Part shown: positions 40,097-49,900 of the stretch, piece after piece
Position numbering within the stretch: position 1 is the stretch's first letter
How the letters are laid out: each line of letters starts with the position of its first letter
Source: Eubacteriales bacterium
GTDB lineage: Bacteria > Bacillota > Clostridia > Oscillospirales > CAG-272
Length of the DNA stretch: 64,000 bases
Assembly (NCBI GenBank): GCA_045537595.1
Contig: JAZSPS010000003.1
Span: 19,035 to 83,034, forward strand
Direction of reading: 5' to 3'
The notes under the pieces: generated by a model
Seen by the model: only the letters and a program-made list of their open reading frames with translations
Databases searched by the model: none
What the model was told of the DNA's origin: nothing
Translations under genes and position numbers: made by a program

Positions 40097-42352
40097 TTAC
40101 TGACGCTTTACCGAATAACAGTGGCTGCCTCCCGTAACCGTCTCAGAAAATCCGTTGGGCAACGCAATTTCCGCAACGGTTTTATCGGGCACCATAATCT
40201 CAAAGCAGATTCTATCGTCCGAATAATACCAATGGCTTTCAATTCTTCCGCTCACGGTCTCCAACGCGCACTTAGCGAATCCGAGCTTTTCACAAGGGTG
40301 GGGAGCAATACGGATCTTACGGTATCCCGCTCCGTCCTTCAGAATTTTTACGCCGCAGATCTCACCGTACATCCAATCGCATACCGCTCCGTATGCATAA
40401 TGGTTAAAGGAGTTCATATCGGTACTCCAAAAACTGCCATCCTCTTTAATTCCATTCCAATGCTCCCAGATGGTAGTTGCCCCATGGTTGACAGAATAGA
40501 GCCATGAAGGATTTTCCTCATTAAAGAAGAGCTTATATGCCAGCTCCTGTTTTCCGCAAGCGGAGAGGGTATGGAGGATATAAGGGGTACCGAGAAAGCC
40601 TGTGGACATTTTATCTCCAAAGCTATGGATCAGCTCCTCCAGCTTTTCAGCAATCGCGGCTCTTTCCTCGGGAAGGCAGAGGTTAAAGTGCAGGATCAGC
40701 ACCAGCGCTGTCTGTGTAATTCCCTTTCTTACGGTATCAACGGCTGCCTTATTGGCGGAGGGCAGAATTTCCGTATAGGGGAATTCCTCCTTGGGCATAC
40801 CGTTTTCCATGAAGTACGAGCGGAACGCCTTTACCACATTGGCATACATCGCTTTATACTCGCTCATATCCTTACCAAGTACCTCTCCCGCGCGAACAAG
40901 AAGATCCACGGAATTGGCGAAAAAGGCAGACGCGATAAGGTCATTGGAGGTCGCTCCCACATAAGAATCCTCTCCCGCGTCCATTGCCAGCCAGTCTCCG
41001 TAATGGTAACCGCCCAGCCACAGGTATTCCTCAGGTCCCGCGTGATGCATATATTCGACCCATTTTTGCATCATATCAAAATTGTCTGCCAAAAAGCTCT
41101 TATCTCCATAGATTTCATACAAGGTCCACGGAACGATGACCGCAACGTCGCCCCAGCCTGTGGCGGTACGGGTATGATAATTTTTTCCGAATTTTTCGGG
41201 GCAAACCCCTCCTATTCCGCCATCCGGATGCTGTTCAATACGAAGGTCGCCTAACCATTTCTCGAAAAATTTACGAACGTCATAGTTCATTGCCGCCGTA
41301 CGGGAGAATACCTGTGTATCCCCTGTCCAGCCCAGCCGCTCGTCACGCTGAGGGCAATCGGTGGGAATATCCAGATAATTGCTCTTTTGACCCCAAATGA
41401 TATTATGATACAGCTGATTGATCTTCGCGTTTCCGCAGGCAAAATGTCCTGTTCGCTCCATCTCCGAATGAACAACGATGGCACGGAAGTCCTCCGCCTT
41501 CAGCTCTACATCGGGATATTCGTCGATTCTTATATAACGGAAGCCCTGGAAGGAATACTCCGGCTTAAAGAGATCCTCATTTCCGCTGCAGACAAAGGTT
41601 ACGATATTTTTCGCGGTACGGTAATTTTCCTTATAGAAATTTCCCTCCCAATCCAAGACCTCACCGTGAGACAAAACAACTTTTTCTCCCTTTTTCGCTT
41701 TGATCTTAAGAGCTACGTATCCTGTCATGTTTTGTCCAAAATCCAAAACCCTCTCTCCCTTAGGTGTGACAATCAGCTCCACGGGAGCGATATGCTCATG
41801 CTCGATAATATCCGCTCCAACCTGAGGGATCACGTGAAATGATGTTTCATCGTTAACCGCGTTTCCGATGAATTCGGGAGTAAGACTCCGATCCACCGTC
41901 TCACCGTCATAAATATCGGCAAAGGTAACCTGTGAGGTATAGACCTCCCAATCGTTTCCTGTTGTAATATAATGCACTGTTCCGTCCGCTTTGGTCAGCT
42001 CAAGCTCCGCTACCACGCACAGATGGTCGCAATACATGGAAATATCCTTTTGATAGCCGATCCGTCCCACAGCCCAGCCCGGTGCTGCCGTAATGGTCAA
42101 TGTATTTTCATTCTTCAGCTGTTGGGTGATATCCTCTGTTTGATACTGCACACGGGCGGTATAGGTAGTCCATCCCGGCGTAAGAACCTGTCTTCCGATT
42201 TTTTCTCCGTTGATATGCGCTTGATAAACACCCAGTCCTGTAACACGGAGAACAGCACGGACTACATCGGTCTCCTTCTCAAATTTCTTTACGAAGGTAA
42301 CCGCGCCGCGTCCTGTCTCGGTCGGTGATTTGATCCAATTTTGGTATTTCAT
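40097..42352 (-). CDS. alpha-L-rhamnosidase (GH78), copy A
   Basis: DCPQRDERLGWTGD, the six-hairpin domain and NSFNHYAYGAV. Start at MKYQNW (AAGGAGAA RBS). The track's 33-aa extension overlaps the upstream gene. No signal peptide. Confidence 0.9.
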   Translation of the reverse strand: MKYQNWIKSPTETGRGAVTFVKKFEKETDVVRAVLRVTGLGVYQAHINGEKIGRQVLTPGWTTYTARVQYQTEDITQQLKNENTLTITAAPGWAVGRIGYQKDISMYCDHLCVVAELELTKADGTVHYITTGNDWEVYTSQVTFADIYDGETVDRSLTPEFIGNAVNDETSFHVIPQVGADIIEHEHIAPVELIVTPKGERVLDFGQNMTGYVALKIKAKKGEKVVLSHGEVLDWEGNFYKENYRTAKNIVTFVCSGNEDLFKPEYSFQGFRYIRIDEYPDVELKAEDFRAIVVHSEMERTGHFACGNAKINQLYHNIIWGQKSNYLDIPTDCPQRDERLGWTGDTQVFSRTAAMNYDVRKFFEKWLGDLRIEQHPDGGIGGVCPEKFGKNYHTRTATGWGDVAVIVPWTLYEIYGDKSFLADNFDMMQKWVEYMHHAGPEEYLWLGGYHYGDWLAMDAGEDSYVGATSNDLIASAFFANSVDLLVRAGEVLGKDMSEYKAMYANVVKAFRSYFMENGMPKEEFPYTEILPSANKAAVDTVRKGITQTALVLILHFNLCLPEERAAIAEKLEELIHSFGDKMSTGFLGTPYILHTLSACGKQELAYKLFFNEENPSWLYSVNHGATTIWEHWNGIKEDGSFWSTDMNSFNHYAYGAVCDWMYGEICGVKILKDGAGYRKIRIAPHPCEKLGFAKCALETVSGRIESHWYYSDDRICFEIMVPDKTVAEIALPNGFSETVTGGSHCYSVKRQ

Positions 42353-42395
42353 TACATTCTCCTTTTTTAATATTAATATAATAAAATATAAATTT

Positions 42396-43232
42396 CTATT
42401 TTTTCTTTGCAAATGAGGCAACCGCCGTTGCTCTTTTGTACGCTTCGGCATAAAACGCCTCGGGATTCATGCGAGCGTACTCATCATGTGTGTTTTTGTT
42501 CGGTTTATTTTGGATCGTCAGCTCGAAGGTGAGGATTCCCTCATATCCGTGCCGCTGAATTCGATTCATAATTCCTTGCCAATCGGCAATTCCGTCCATG
42601 GGCAACAGGTGAAGATCGTCATGCCATGTAATATTTTTGGGATCGGTCATCCCCAGATTATCATTGAAGTGCGTTGCTATCAATCGGTCTCCGTATCTCG
42701 CCATAACATCCTCGCTGAAATTGTAGCACATTTCGTGTCCTGTATCCCAGCAAAAGCCCACGGAATCACTCTGACCGAAGCGTTGGATCACGGCATGCAG
42801 GTATTCGATGCCCTCTACATTTTCAAACGCCAGCCTCACGTTGCTTTTCTCCGCCTTTTCTACAAGTCTCGCAAAGCGGAGCAATCCGATTTCCGTAGGG
42901 GTATGCCGTTCCATTCCGATGATTGGATGAACCACCATGATCCCTACATTGGCTCGGGAGCAATCCTCGACGCATCGGATCAGCTCATCGGTAAACGCCT
43001 CGCCTTCCTCGCCTTCCTCCCACAGGGTATATACCTTTCCGAAGGGCGAATGGATGGACTGGTAGATCAGACCGTTTTTTGCGATCTCCTCCGCCCATTC
43101 CTCCACAGGAGAACCTTCCTTCCAGCCTGTAAAGCAAGCGTCAAAGCCTGCCTCGGCAATCATCCGAAAGCTTTCCTTTTCGGTTATGGGATATCCCACG
43201 CCCGCGTTAATTCCCAATTTGAAATTTTTCAT
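42396..43232 (-). CDS. xylose-isomerase-like TIM-barrel protein (sugar phosphate isomerase/epimerase family)
   Basis: Metal-ligand pattern AFENVEG / CWDTGH / TFEL, typical of the AP_endonuc_2 fold. 278 aa. Confidence 0.8.
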   Translation of the reverse strand: MKNFKLGINAGVGYPITEKESFRMIAEAGFDACFTGWKEGSPVEEWAEEIAKNGLIYQSIHSPFGKVYTLWEEGEEGEAFTDELIRCVEDCSRANVGIMVVHPIIGMERHTPTEIGLLRFARLVEKAEKSNVRLAFENVEGIEYLHAVIQRFGQSDSVGFCWDTGHEMCYNFSEDVMARYGDRLIATHFNDNLGMTDPKNITWHDDLHLLPMDGIADWQGIMNRIQRHGYEGILTFELTIQNKPNKNTHDEYARMNPEAFYAEAYKRATAVASFAKKK

Positions 43233-43258
43233 GGTGTTTGCCCTTTTTTTATTTTTCT

Positions 43259-45184
43259 TTATTTTTCAAGCCAGACCGCGCACTCGGATTCCTTGGTATA
43301 GGTTTTTCCTGCTGAGGAGTAGTCGATCAATCGGACACGCTCGCCGTCCGCCCGACAAAGGTAAATACTCAAGCGGGCATCGGGAATCTCCTCAAACGCC
43401 TTTTCCGACCGCTCGTACGCCACGTATCCGTTTTCATCCACTGCCGCCTCGACCGTATCGTGGATATACGCCCCCAATCTTGCGTCCTTCGCCAGCAGGA
43501 TCGGTCCAATCGCATACGCCGCATACAGCTCGGCATCGGGACCGTCCATATACGGAGGTAAAATCTGACGGATTCGGTTATCAAAGGAAAGAGCTATAAC
43601 ATCGCCCTCTCGGATTTCGTTTCCAATCTCAAGATATTCGCCTGCCGCTGTCAGCTCCTTTCCGTTATAAGCCGCTTTTGTTTGCTTACTCCATTCGGGA
43701 ATACGGAAGCTGAGAGAGCCCACAGACGCGTCCCATTTTTCCACTGTTACAGAGACGTCGGTGGAATAAGGATAATTGGTATCAAGAGACAGGACAGCCT
43801 CGGCTCCGCTCTTGGTTACCACGCGCACCCTTCCTCCGATATAATACTGCAGGGTCAAGCCCTTTTCATTCTCCATGATGGAAATTCTTGCCGCAATGCC
43901 AAGCCCCGCGGCACCGATACACGCGCAGCAGCCGTAATAGGTATTATCATCAAAGAACTTCAAGCCTCCGATCTTTCTTCCGCGGATATCCGCTGTCAAG
44001 GGGCTATAGCTATCAAAGGGCATCAAGGTATAGCTGGGAACCGTCTTTTTCTCTTCTCCGGGCAAGCGCTCATGATCCAGCTCCGGCGGCACGACCTGAT
44101 GGGTATTGATGGCGCCGATATAGGCGTTACAGAATGCCTGTTCTATGGCATCGGCGAACACGCGGTCGCCTGTTAGGCGGAGAAGCTGATGGCAAAGCTT
44201 CATCCATGTGACGGTGACACAGGTCTCCTGCATAATGACCTCGCCTGCCGGCTGTGTTTGCATCTTCGCGGAAAAATCGAAAAGCTCGTGGGTACATCCG
44301 CAACAGCCAATGACGGTTACATCGGTCTTAAGCAGCTGATATCCAAATCGGATGGCTGCCGCGCGGTATTTTTCATTTCCCGTTACACGGGCATATTCGA
44401 TCAAGCCCTCAAAGCAAGACATCATTTCATACGCTTTCACCTGAGCATACTGATAGGGGGCTTTTTCATCCGCGTAGGCTGTCTCAAAAATATTTTCCCG
44501 ACTGCAGCCGCCCTCGGAAACGATATATTCCGCAAAATCCAGATATTTCCGCTCTCCTGTGAGATTATACAAGCGAACATAGGGCTCCAGAATGGAGGAC
44601 GAATTCAAGCCTCCCCAGTGCGCGGTTGCTTGATTGATTCCCTTTTTGCCCTCTTCCTCCCGTCCGATAAAGCGCATAATATAATCGGCATGGCGGCACA
44701 TAGCTTTGACCACCTGCTCTGCCAACGCCTCATCACGGCAGATCTCCAGATAGTATTGGAATCCGAGCAAAATATATTTTCTGCCCCACAGATCCCATCC
44801 GTTAAATTCATATTCCTTACTGTAAGTAGAGAATCTTCCGTCCGCATCCTGCGCGGTAAGAAGGTCCTTTACCGAATCGGTCAGGATCTCATACAGGTCG
44901 TCGTCCTTGGAATAGGCGCATACCAGTGCCGCGCCGCGCATCATTTTTCCCCAATACTCGCATCGCCAGCCGTTATGATAGCGGTCACCCTTTTTATCAT
45001 CCAAGCCATAAATACGGAACTGCTTCGCAATCTTTTTCCAAAGCCATACATCATACAGCTGAATCCGTTTAATCAAATTGGTGTCCTGCCAAAAGTATCC
45101 TCTTTTATCAAATTCATAATTTAAGGATTTTACCGGTGCGACCCGATCTCCCACATAATTTTCTCCGCCGCCCGAATATTTCAT
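43259..45184 (-). CDS. DUF1680 / GH127-like glycoside hydrolase (beta-L-arabinofuranosidase family)
   Basis: Segments EYWGKMMRGAA, IGCCGCTHELF, QETCVT and YGCCACIGAAG sit where GH127 HypBA1 has D-YKWLEAA, GAIGSTHVGESF, GETCAS and GCACCPANIA (recalled alignment). Confidence 0.65.
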   Translation of the reverse strand: MKYSGGGENYVGDRVAPVKSLNYEFDKRGYFWQDTNLIKRIQLYDVWLWKKIAKQFRIYGLDDKKGDRYHNGWRCEYWGKMMRGAALVCAYSKDDDLYEILTDSVKDLLTAQDADGRFSTYSKEYEFNGWDLWGRKYILLGFQYYLEICRDEALAEQVVKAMCRHADYIMRFIGREEEGKKGINQATAHWGGLNSSSILEPYVRLYNLTGERKYLDFAEYIVSEGGCSRENIFETAYADEKAPYQYAQVKAYEMMSCFEGLIEYARVTGNEKYRAAAIRFGYQLLKTDVTVIGCCGCTHELFDFSAKMQTQPAGEVIMQETCVTVTWMKLCHQLLRLTGDRVFADAIEQAFCNAYIGAINTHQVVPPELDHERLPGEEKKTVPSYTLMPFDSYSPLTADIRGRKIGGLKFFDDNTYYGCCACIGAAGLGIAARISIMENEKGLTLQYYIGGRVRVVTKSGAEAVLSLDTNYPYSTDVSVTVEKWDASVGSLSFRIPEWSKQTKAAYNGKELTAAGEYLEIGNEIREGDVIALSFDNRIRQILPPYMDGPDAELYAAYAIGPILLAKDARLGAYIHDTVEAAVDENGYVAYERSEKAFEEIPDARLSIYLCRADGERVRLIDYSSAGKTYTKESECAVWLEK

Positions 45185-45241
45185 TTTCTTTTCCTCCGTA
45201 ATGATTATTTAAAGCTTACATTGCAACTTATTCCATCTTTT

Positions 45242-47485
45242 TTAACCTTTTTTTGTAACAAAGGTATATCCGCCGCCGCTCAGCGTCATACAACGTCCGT
45301 CAGGCAGGCAAAGCTCTGCCGAACAGCCGCGGGGCACGGTAATATCATAACGAATTCCTTCCATTTGGTAGCTCCACTTCATTTCCAGCGTTCCCACACG
45401 CGTATCGATCCTTCCGTACGCAAAGCCCAAGCGCTCATCGGGATACGGATGAATACGGATATGCCGATATCCCGCTCCGTCGGGGCAGATACGGATACCC
45501 AATGCCGATCCGTAGACCCATTCAAACACCGATCCGTACGCGTAGTGGTTAAAGGAATTCTTACAATGATCCCAGAAGCTGCCATCCTCTTTGATTCCAT
45601 CCCAATGCTCCCAGATGGTCGTCGCTCCTCGGTTGACCGAGAAGAGCCATGAGGGACTTTGCTCCTGCAAGAACAGATCGTAAGCGCGGTCAGCGTATCC
45701 GTTCTCGGTCAGAACCTCCAAAATATACGGTGTTCCCACAAAACCCGTAGACATTCTTCCGCCGTTTTCATCGATCATTTCAATCAGCTTTTTGATCAAG
45801 CCCTTACGCTCCTCTTCTCCCTCATACAATCCAAATTTCAGAACCAGAACCAACGAGGTCTGTGTGAGACCCTTTACGGGACGTGTTTTGGAGAACGCGT
45901 CATATTTCGGATAAAGCGTGGGCAAGCCGTCCTTCATAAAGAATTTACGGAAGGAGGCTTTGATCTTGGCAAACATATCCTCATAATCGCTCGGATCTTT
46001 TCCCAGCGTGCGGCACACCCGTATCATCAAGCTTACCGAATATCCGAAGAACGCGCTGGCGATCAGGTCTGTCTGCGTTGCTCCCTCTCTTACCTCAGGG
46101 CAGAGAATGGCGTCGGAAGCCAGCCAGTCGCCGTAATGATCGCCTCCCAGCCACAGATATTCTTCTTCTCCGAAGCCATGCATATATTCGATCCATTTTT
46201 CCATCATGGGATAATTGGCTTCCAGCTCATCCTTGCAGCCATATGCCAGATACAGCTCCCACGGGCAGACAACAGAGGCATCTCCCCACGCGGTGGAGAC
46301 CCGCTCTCCGCGGTTGGCAACGCCCGGAACCACGCTTCCCACGGCTCCGTCTTCTCTTTGCTCCAGCCGCACATCCGCCAACCATTTTCGCATAAACCGT
46401 TCCACGTCGTAATTGATTGCCGCTGTATGGAGGAACACCTGTATATCGCCTGTCCATCCGAGCCGTTCGTCTCTTTGTGGACAATCGGTGGGAATATCCA
46501 CGAAATTGCTTCGCTGTCCCCAAATCGTATTTTGATACAGCTTATTGATCTTTTCATTTCCGCAGAGGAAGTTTCCTGTTCGCCGAATATCGGAATACAC
46601 CGCTACCGAGGTAAAGCAAGACAGATCTATCTCATCAAAGGGCCACTCATCCAATCGGATATAGCGATATCCCTGATATGAGAAGCAGGGCTTGAATACG
46701 TCTTCCTCTCCGCTGAGGATATATGTATTTTGGCTTTTTGCCAGCTCCAAATTTTGCGTATAGAAGTTTCCGTCGCTATCCAGCACCTCGGCATGGGATA
46801 TTACGATCTTATCTCCCCGCTTTCCTTTAACGCGTACCTCCACATATCCCGCCAGATTTTGACCAAAGTCGATCACTCTCTCGCCCTTAGGGGTGACCAT
46901 GAGACAAAAAGGCGCCAGACGCTCCTGTTCTCTCACCGGTACACCGCCGTCCGCCTCGGTTTTGACCGATCTCTCCTCGGTCTTTGCCTGTGCCACATAG
47001 GTCTCAGGGGCGGTCAGATCGACGGTTTCGCCATGATACAGCTCTGCCGAGAGAAGTGTTCCCGTGTAGACCTGCCAGCTCTCATCGGTTGCCACGGTAG
47101 TTTTGGTTCCGTCCTCCGTGAAGATGTTTGCCTCCGCGCGAACGCTGATATGCTCTGAAAAGAAATGATTGGTATTTCCTCTTCCCAAGAATCCCACTGC
47201 CCAGCCGTTACCGCACAGCAGATCGATTTGGTTTTCTCCTTGCTTCAAAAATGCCGAGATATCATATTCCTGAACCTGAACCCGATTAGGGTAGCTTGTA
47301 AAGCCCGGTGCGAAAAGAGCGTCTCCCACCCGACAGCCATTAACATACAAATTATACATACCAAAGGCAGTCGCCCTTATCTTTGCCGAACAAATATTCT
47401 TTTCGAGGAAAAATTTTTTCCGAAAAATCGGGCATGCGCTCTCACCCAATTGATCGGTATATATCCATTGTGCCGATTTAAACAT
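45242..47485 (-). CDS. alpha-L-rhamnosidase (GH78), copy B
   Basis: DCPQRDERLGWTGD and NSFNHYAYGSV. Colinear with copy A. No signal peptide. Confidence 0.9.
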   Translation of the reverse strand: MFKSAQWIYTDQLGESACPIFRKKFFLEKNICSAKIRATAFGMYNLYVNGCRVGDALFAPGFTSYPNRVQVQEYDISAFLKQGENQIDLLCGNGWAVGFLGRGNTNHFFSEHISVRAEANIFTEDGTKTTVATDESWQVYTGTLLSAELYHGETVDLTAPETYVAQAKTEERSVKTEADGGVPVREQERLAPFCLMVTPKGERVIDFGQNLAGYVEVRVKGKRGDKIVISHAEVLDSDGNFYTQNLELAKSQNTYILSGEEDVFKPCFSYQGYRYIRLDEWPFDEIDLSCFTSVAVYSDIRRTGNFLCGNEKINKLYQNTIWGQRSNFVDIPTDCPQRDERLGWTGDIQVFLHTAAINYDVERFMRKWLADVRLEQREDGAVGSVVPGVANRGERVSTAWGDASVVCPWELYLAYGCKDELEANYPMMEKWIEYMHGFGEEEYLWLGGDHYGDWLASDAILCPEVREGATQTDLIASAFFGYSVSLMIRVCRTLGKDPSDYEDMFAKIKASFRKFFMKDGLPTLYPKYDAFSKTRPVKGLTQTSLVLVLKFGLYEGEEERKGLIKKLIEMIDENGGRMSTGFVGTPYILEVLTENGYADRAYDLFLQEQSPSWLFSVNRGATTIWEHWDGIKEDGSFWDHCKNSFNHYAYGSVFEWVYGSALGIRICPDGAGYRHIRIHPYPDERLGFAYGRIDTRVGTLEMKWSYQMEGIRYDITVPRGCSAELCLPDGRCMTLSGGGYTFVTKKG

Positions 47486-47560
47486 AGCTCCTCCGTTTTT
47501 TTAATTTTGGGAAATCACTGACTTAAAATCCATCCGTCTCATTCTTCTCTATTTTACATC

Positions 47561-47589
47561 ATTATACAATAAATCACCTTAAAAAACAA
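47561..47589 (-). promoter_or_regulatory. candidate promoter of the glycosidase operon
   Basis: On the minus strand: TTGTTT (47589-47584), 17 nt, TATAAT (47566-47561). Confidence 0.5.
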
Positions 47590-47680
47590 GACATATTGGA
47601 ATTTTTCTGCCCTGATTTATTAATAAAAAGCTTAAAAAAAACGATCCTTCGTTCCCTGCTTATCATGCTTTTCCAAAGAG

Positions 47681-47725
47681 AAAAAGAGGCTGACCTATGT
47701 TTGTTTTCAAACACAAGTCAGTTCT
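47681..47725 (-). terminator. candidate terminator after the small lipoprotein gene
   Basis: Imperfect hairpin (CTGAC..TATGTTTG-tttt-CAAACACA..GTCAG), followed on the minus strand by CTCTTTTT. Confidence 0.45.
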
Positions 47726-47745
47726 TTGTTAAATTTTATTTTTTC

Positions 47746-48120
47746 TTATTTCTCTTCTACAGCCTTATAGGTCACGCCATTGATCTTGATGTAATCTTCC
47801 CCCTCTTCAAAGGACACAGGCTCCTCCAAGGACTTGATTACCTTCTTTGCCAGATCGTTGGTTACTTTTTCCTCGTCAGCGATATCAAAGGAGATCTTAT
47901 CATCCTTGATCTCGTATGTAGCGTCGAGAGAAGCCACTTCGCCAATAAAGGTAACTGTGATGGCGATCTTAACATCCGATCCGTCGAAGGTCATGGTTGT
48001 ACCTGTGCCAAAAATATCCGCACTGTACTTACCCGACAGCTTCTTACCGCAGGATGCCAAGGAAAGGCAAAGCATAAGAGCGACCATTACCACCGCAATG
48101 ATTCTAATGGATTTTTTCAT
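47746..48120 (-). CDS. small lipoprotein, unknown function
   Basis: MKKSIRIIAVVMVALMLCLSLASCGK has the signal peptide plus the lipobox LASC. GGAGG lies 9 nt upstream of the ATG at 48120. Confidence 0.6.
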   Translation of the reverse strand: MKKSIRIIAVVMVALMLCLSLASCGKKLSGKYSADIFGTGTTMTFDGSDVKIAITVTFIGEVASLDATYEIKDDKISFDIADEEKVTNDLAKKVIKSLEEPVSFEEGEDYIKINGVTYKAVEEK

Positions 48121-48162
48121 TTTGATTTTCCTCCTCACTGTAAATAATAAAATCCATACATT

Positions 48163-48191
48163 ATAATAGCATTTTTTCTCCGATTTGTCAA
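48163..48191 (-). promoter_or_regulatory. candidate promoter of the small lipoprotein gene
   Basis: On the minus strand: TTGACA (48191-48186), 17 nt, TGc-TATTAT (48168-48163). Confidence 0.45.
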
Positions 48192-48200
48192 GCGGTTATT

Positions 48201-49865
48201 TCACACATTTATCACTTTTTTCACGTTTTCTTCACAATTTCTTCGCTTTTCCCTGTATGCGTTATGCTTGATTTTCCAAATCAGGTCAAAGGCGATTATT
48301 CCTGCTAACGCAAGGATACAAAGGTATACAAACACATTTCCTATCACTGTATAAAGGGTATGCTGATCCCGAAATTCTATTTTCTCCACTGCCATTCCAT
48401 CCACCAACGGATCCAGTTCTTTTATGATCTCCCCGCGGTTGGATATGATGGTGGAGATTCCTGTATTGGCGGAGCGGACCACATACCGTCCGCTTTCAAT
48501 CGCCCGAAGCTGTGCCTGCGCGTTATGCATATACAGCGCCGCCGAATCGGTAAACCAAGAATCATTGGTTGACAAGCAGATCAGCTCTGCCCCCGAGAGA
48601 ACGCTTTCTCTTGTCAGCTCCTCATAAATTGAATCAAAGCAGATCAGCGATCCCACATTCCCTTCCTCAAGCTCAAAAACATTGGCGCCTTCGCCCCACG
48701 CAATATCTTCTCCGCTCAAAACCAGCTCTGCCAGCGGCGGAATCAATGTTTCGATCAATCCTCGCATGGGAACGAACTCGCCAAAGGGAACCAGTCTTCG
48801 CTTCGAGTACACCGTCTCGCTCATGCTTCCGTCAGGCAAAAAACAGACAATAGAATTATATTCATTCTCATCCCCCGCGGTGAAGCACCCCACTAAAATT
48901 GTAACTCCTGTTTCCTTGGCAAGGGAGGACACGTATTTTCCCATGCTGTTTTTTTCGGTGATCTTATACGGCAACGCGGTTTCAGGCCAGACGACAAGGC
49001 TCGCTCCTTCCTCTGCCGCTTTGCGCGTATATTCCCCATAAATTTCTTTGGTTTTTTGTGTGCTCTCCAAGCTCCATTTTTCATGAGAGGAGATATTTCC
49101 CTGAATCGCCGCCGCCCGACCTGTGTTTTTTTCTTCCGCATCAAAAAACCAGAGCATGCTTCCCACGCTGTATTGGAACACCAGCATAGCGGTTACCGCG
49201 ATACAACACGGTTGGATCAGCTTTCTTGTTTGTTGCTCCTTCGGTACCTTTATCCATTCGCACAGTCCATAAGCGACACACAGGTTGACTGCCACCAGCA
49301 AAAAGGTAATAAAATACGAGCCAAACAGCGATGCTGTTTGCAAACCTACCGCATACTTCGATTGTCCGAGAGGAAGTCTTCCCCAAGGAACGCCCCACCA
49401 GCCCAAGGTTTGTGTCCATTCATAGACCGACCACAAGGCGGCTGCCGCAAAGGGCTTTAAAAACCGTATTTTCTCCAAGGCACGGCTTCGGAAAAGGATA
49501 CCCGCAACAACAAACAGCAATCCTCCCATCAGCGCTTGCAGCAGAGAAAGTCCGAGCCACGCTACGCAGACGACCGCCAGCGCCCCCCCTGTTGTCATTC
49601 CGTCAATAAAATCCAAGGGATAAAGATTTACGAACCAGTGAAATACCACCAAATAATAGCACATGAAGAAGAACAGCCCATATCCGTACAAGCCGCCCAA
49701 GCGTATCCGTCGGTCACTGCCGCTCTCCAGCAAAAAGATTCCGAACGGAACCAATGTCAGCCATTCCAAAAATCCGATTTCGGGAAAAACCAAAGTCAAT
49801 CCCGTCAAAAATCCGCCAAGGGCAAGCAACAAAAAGCGTCCGGTTTTTTTTTCGGTAAAAATCAT
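48201..49865 (-). CDS. lnt: apolipoprotein N-acyltransferase homologue (CN-hydrolase domain with polytopic N-terminus)
   Basis: Multi-TM N-terminal half plus a nitrilase-fold half. The Lnt triad contexts are present: VVWPETALP (E), YSKRRLVPFGEFVP (K), SLICFDSIYE (C). Confidence 0.85.
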   Translation of the reverse strand: MIFTEKKTGRFLLLALGGFLTGLTLVFPEIGFLEWLTLVPFGIFLLESGSDRRIRLGGLYGYGLFFFMCYYLVVFHWFVNLYPLDFIDGMTTGGALAVVCVAWLGLSLLQALMGGLLFVVAGILFRSRALEKIRFLKPFAAAALWSVYEWTQTLGWWGVPWGRLPLGQSKYAVGLQTASLFGSYFITFLLVAVNLCVAYGLCEWIKVPKEQQTRKLIQPCCIAVTAMLVFQYSVGSMLWFFDAEEKNTGRAAAIQGNISSHEKWSLESTQKTKEIYGEYTRKAAEEGASLVVWPETALPYKITEKNSMGKYVSSLAKETGVTILVGCFTAGDENEYNSIVCFLPDGSMSETVYSKRRLVPFGEFVPMRGLIETLIPPLAELVLSGEDIAWGEGANVFELEEGNVGSLICFDSIYEELTRESVLSGAELICLSTNDSWFTDSAALYMHNAQAQLRAIESGRYVVRSANTGISTIISNRGEIIKELDPLVDGMAVEKIEFRDQHTLYTVIGNVFVYLCILALAGIIAFDLIWKIKHNAYREKRRNCEENVKKVINV

Positions 49866-49900
49866 TATTTCCCCTTTCCGTCTTTATTTTTTCGTTTATT

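Noticed and set aside
47596-48147. 183-aa plus-strand ORF spanning the lipoprotein locus.
   Set aside because: It is antisense to an RBS- and lipobox-supported lipoprotein gene. It has no RBS, and its sequence is low-complexity.
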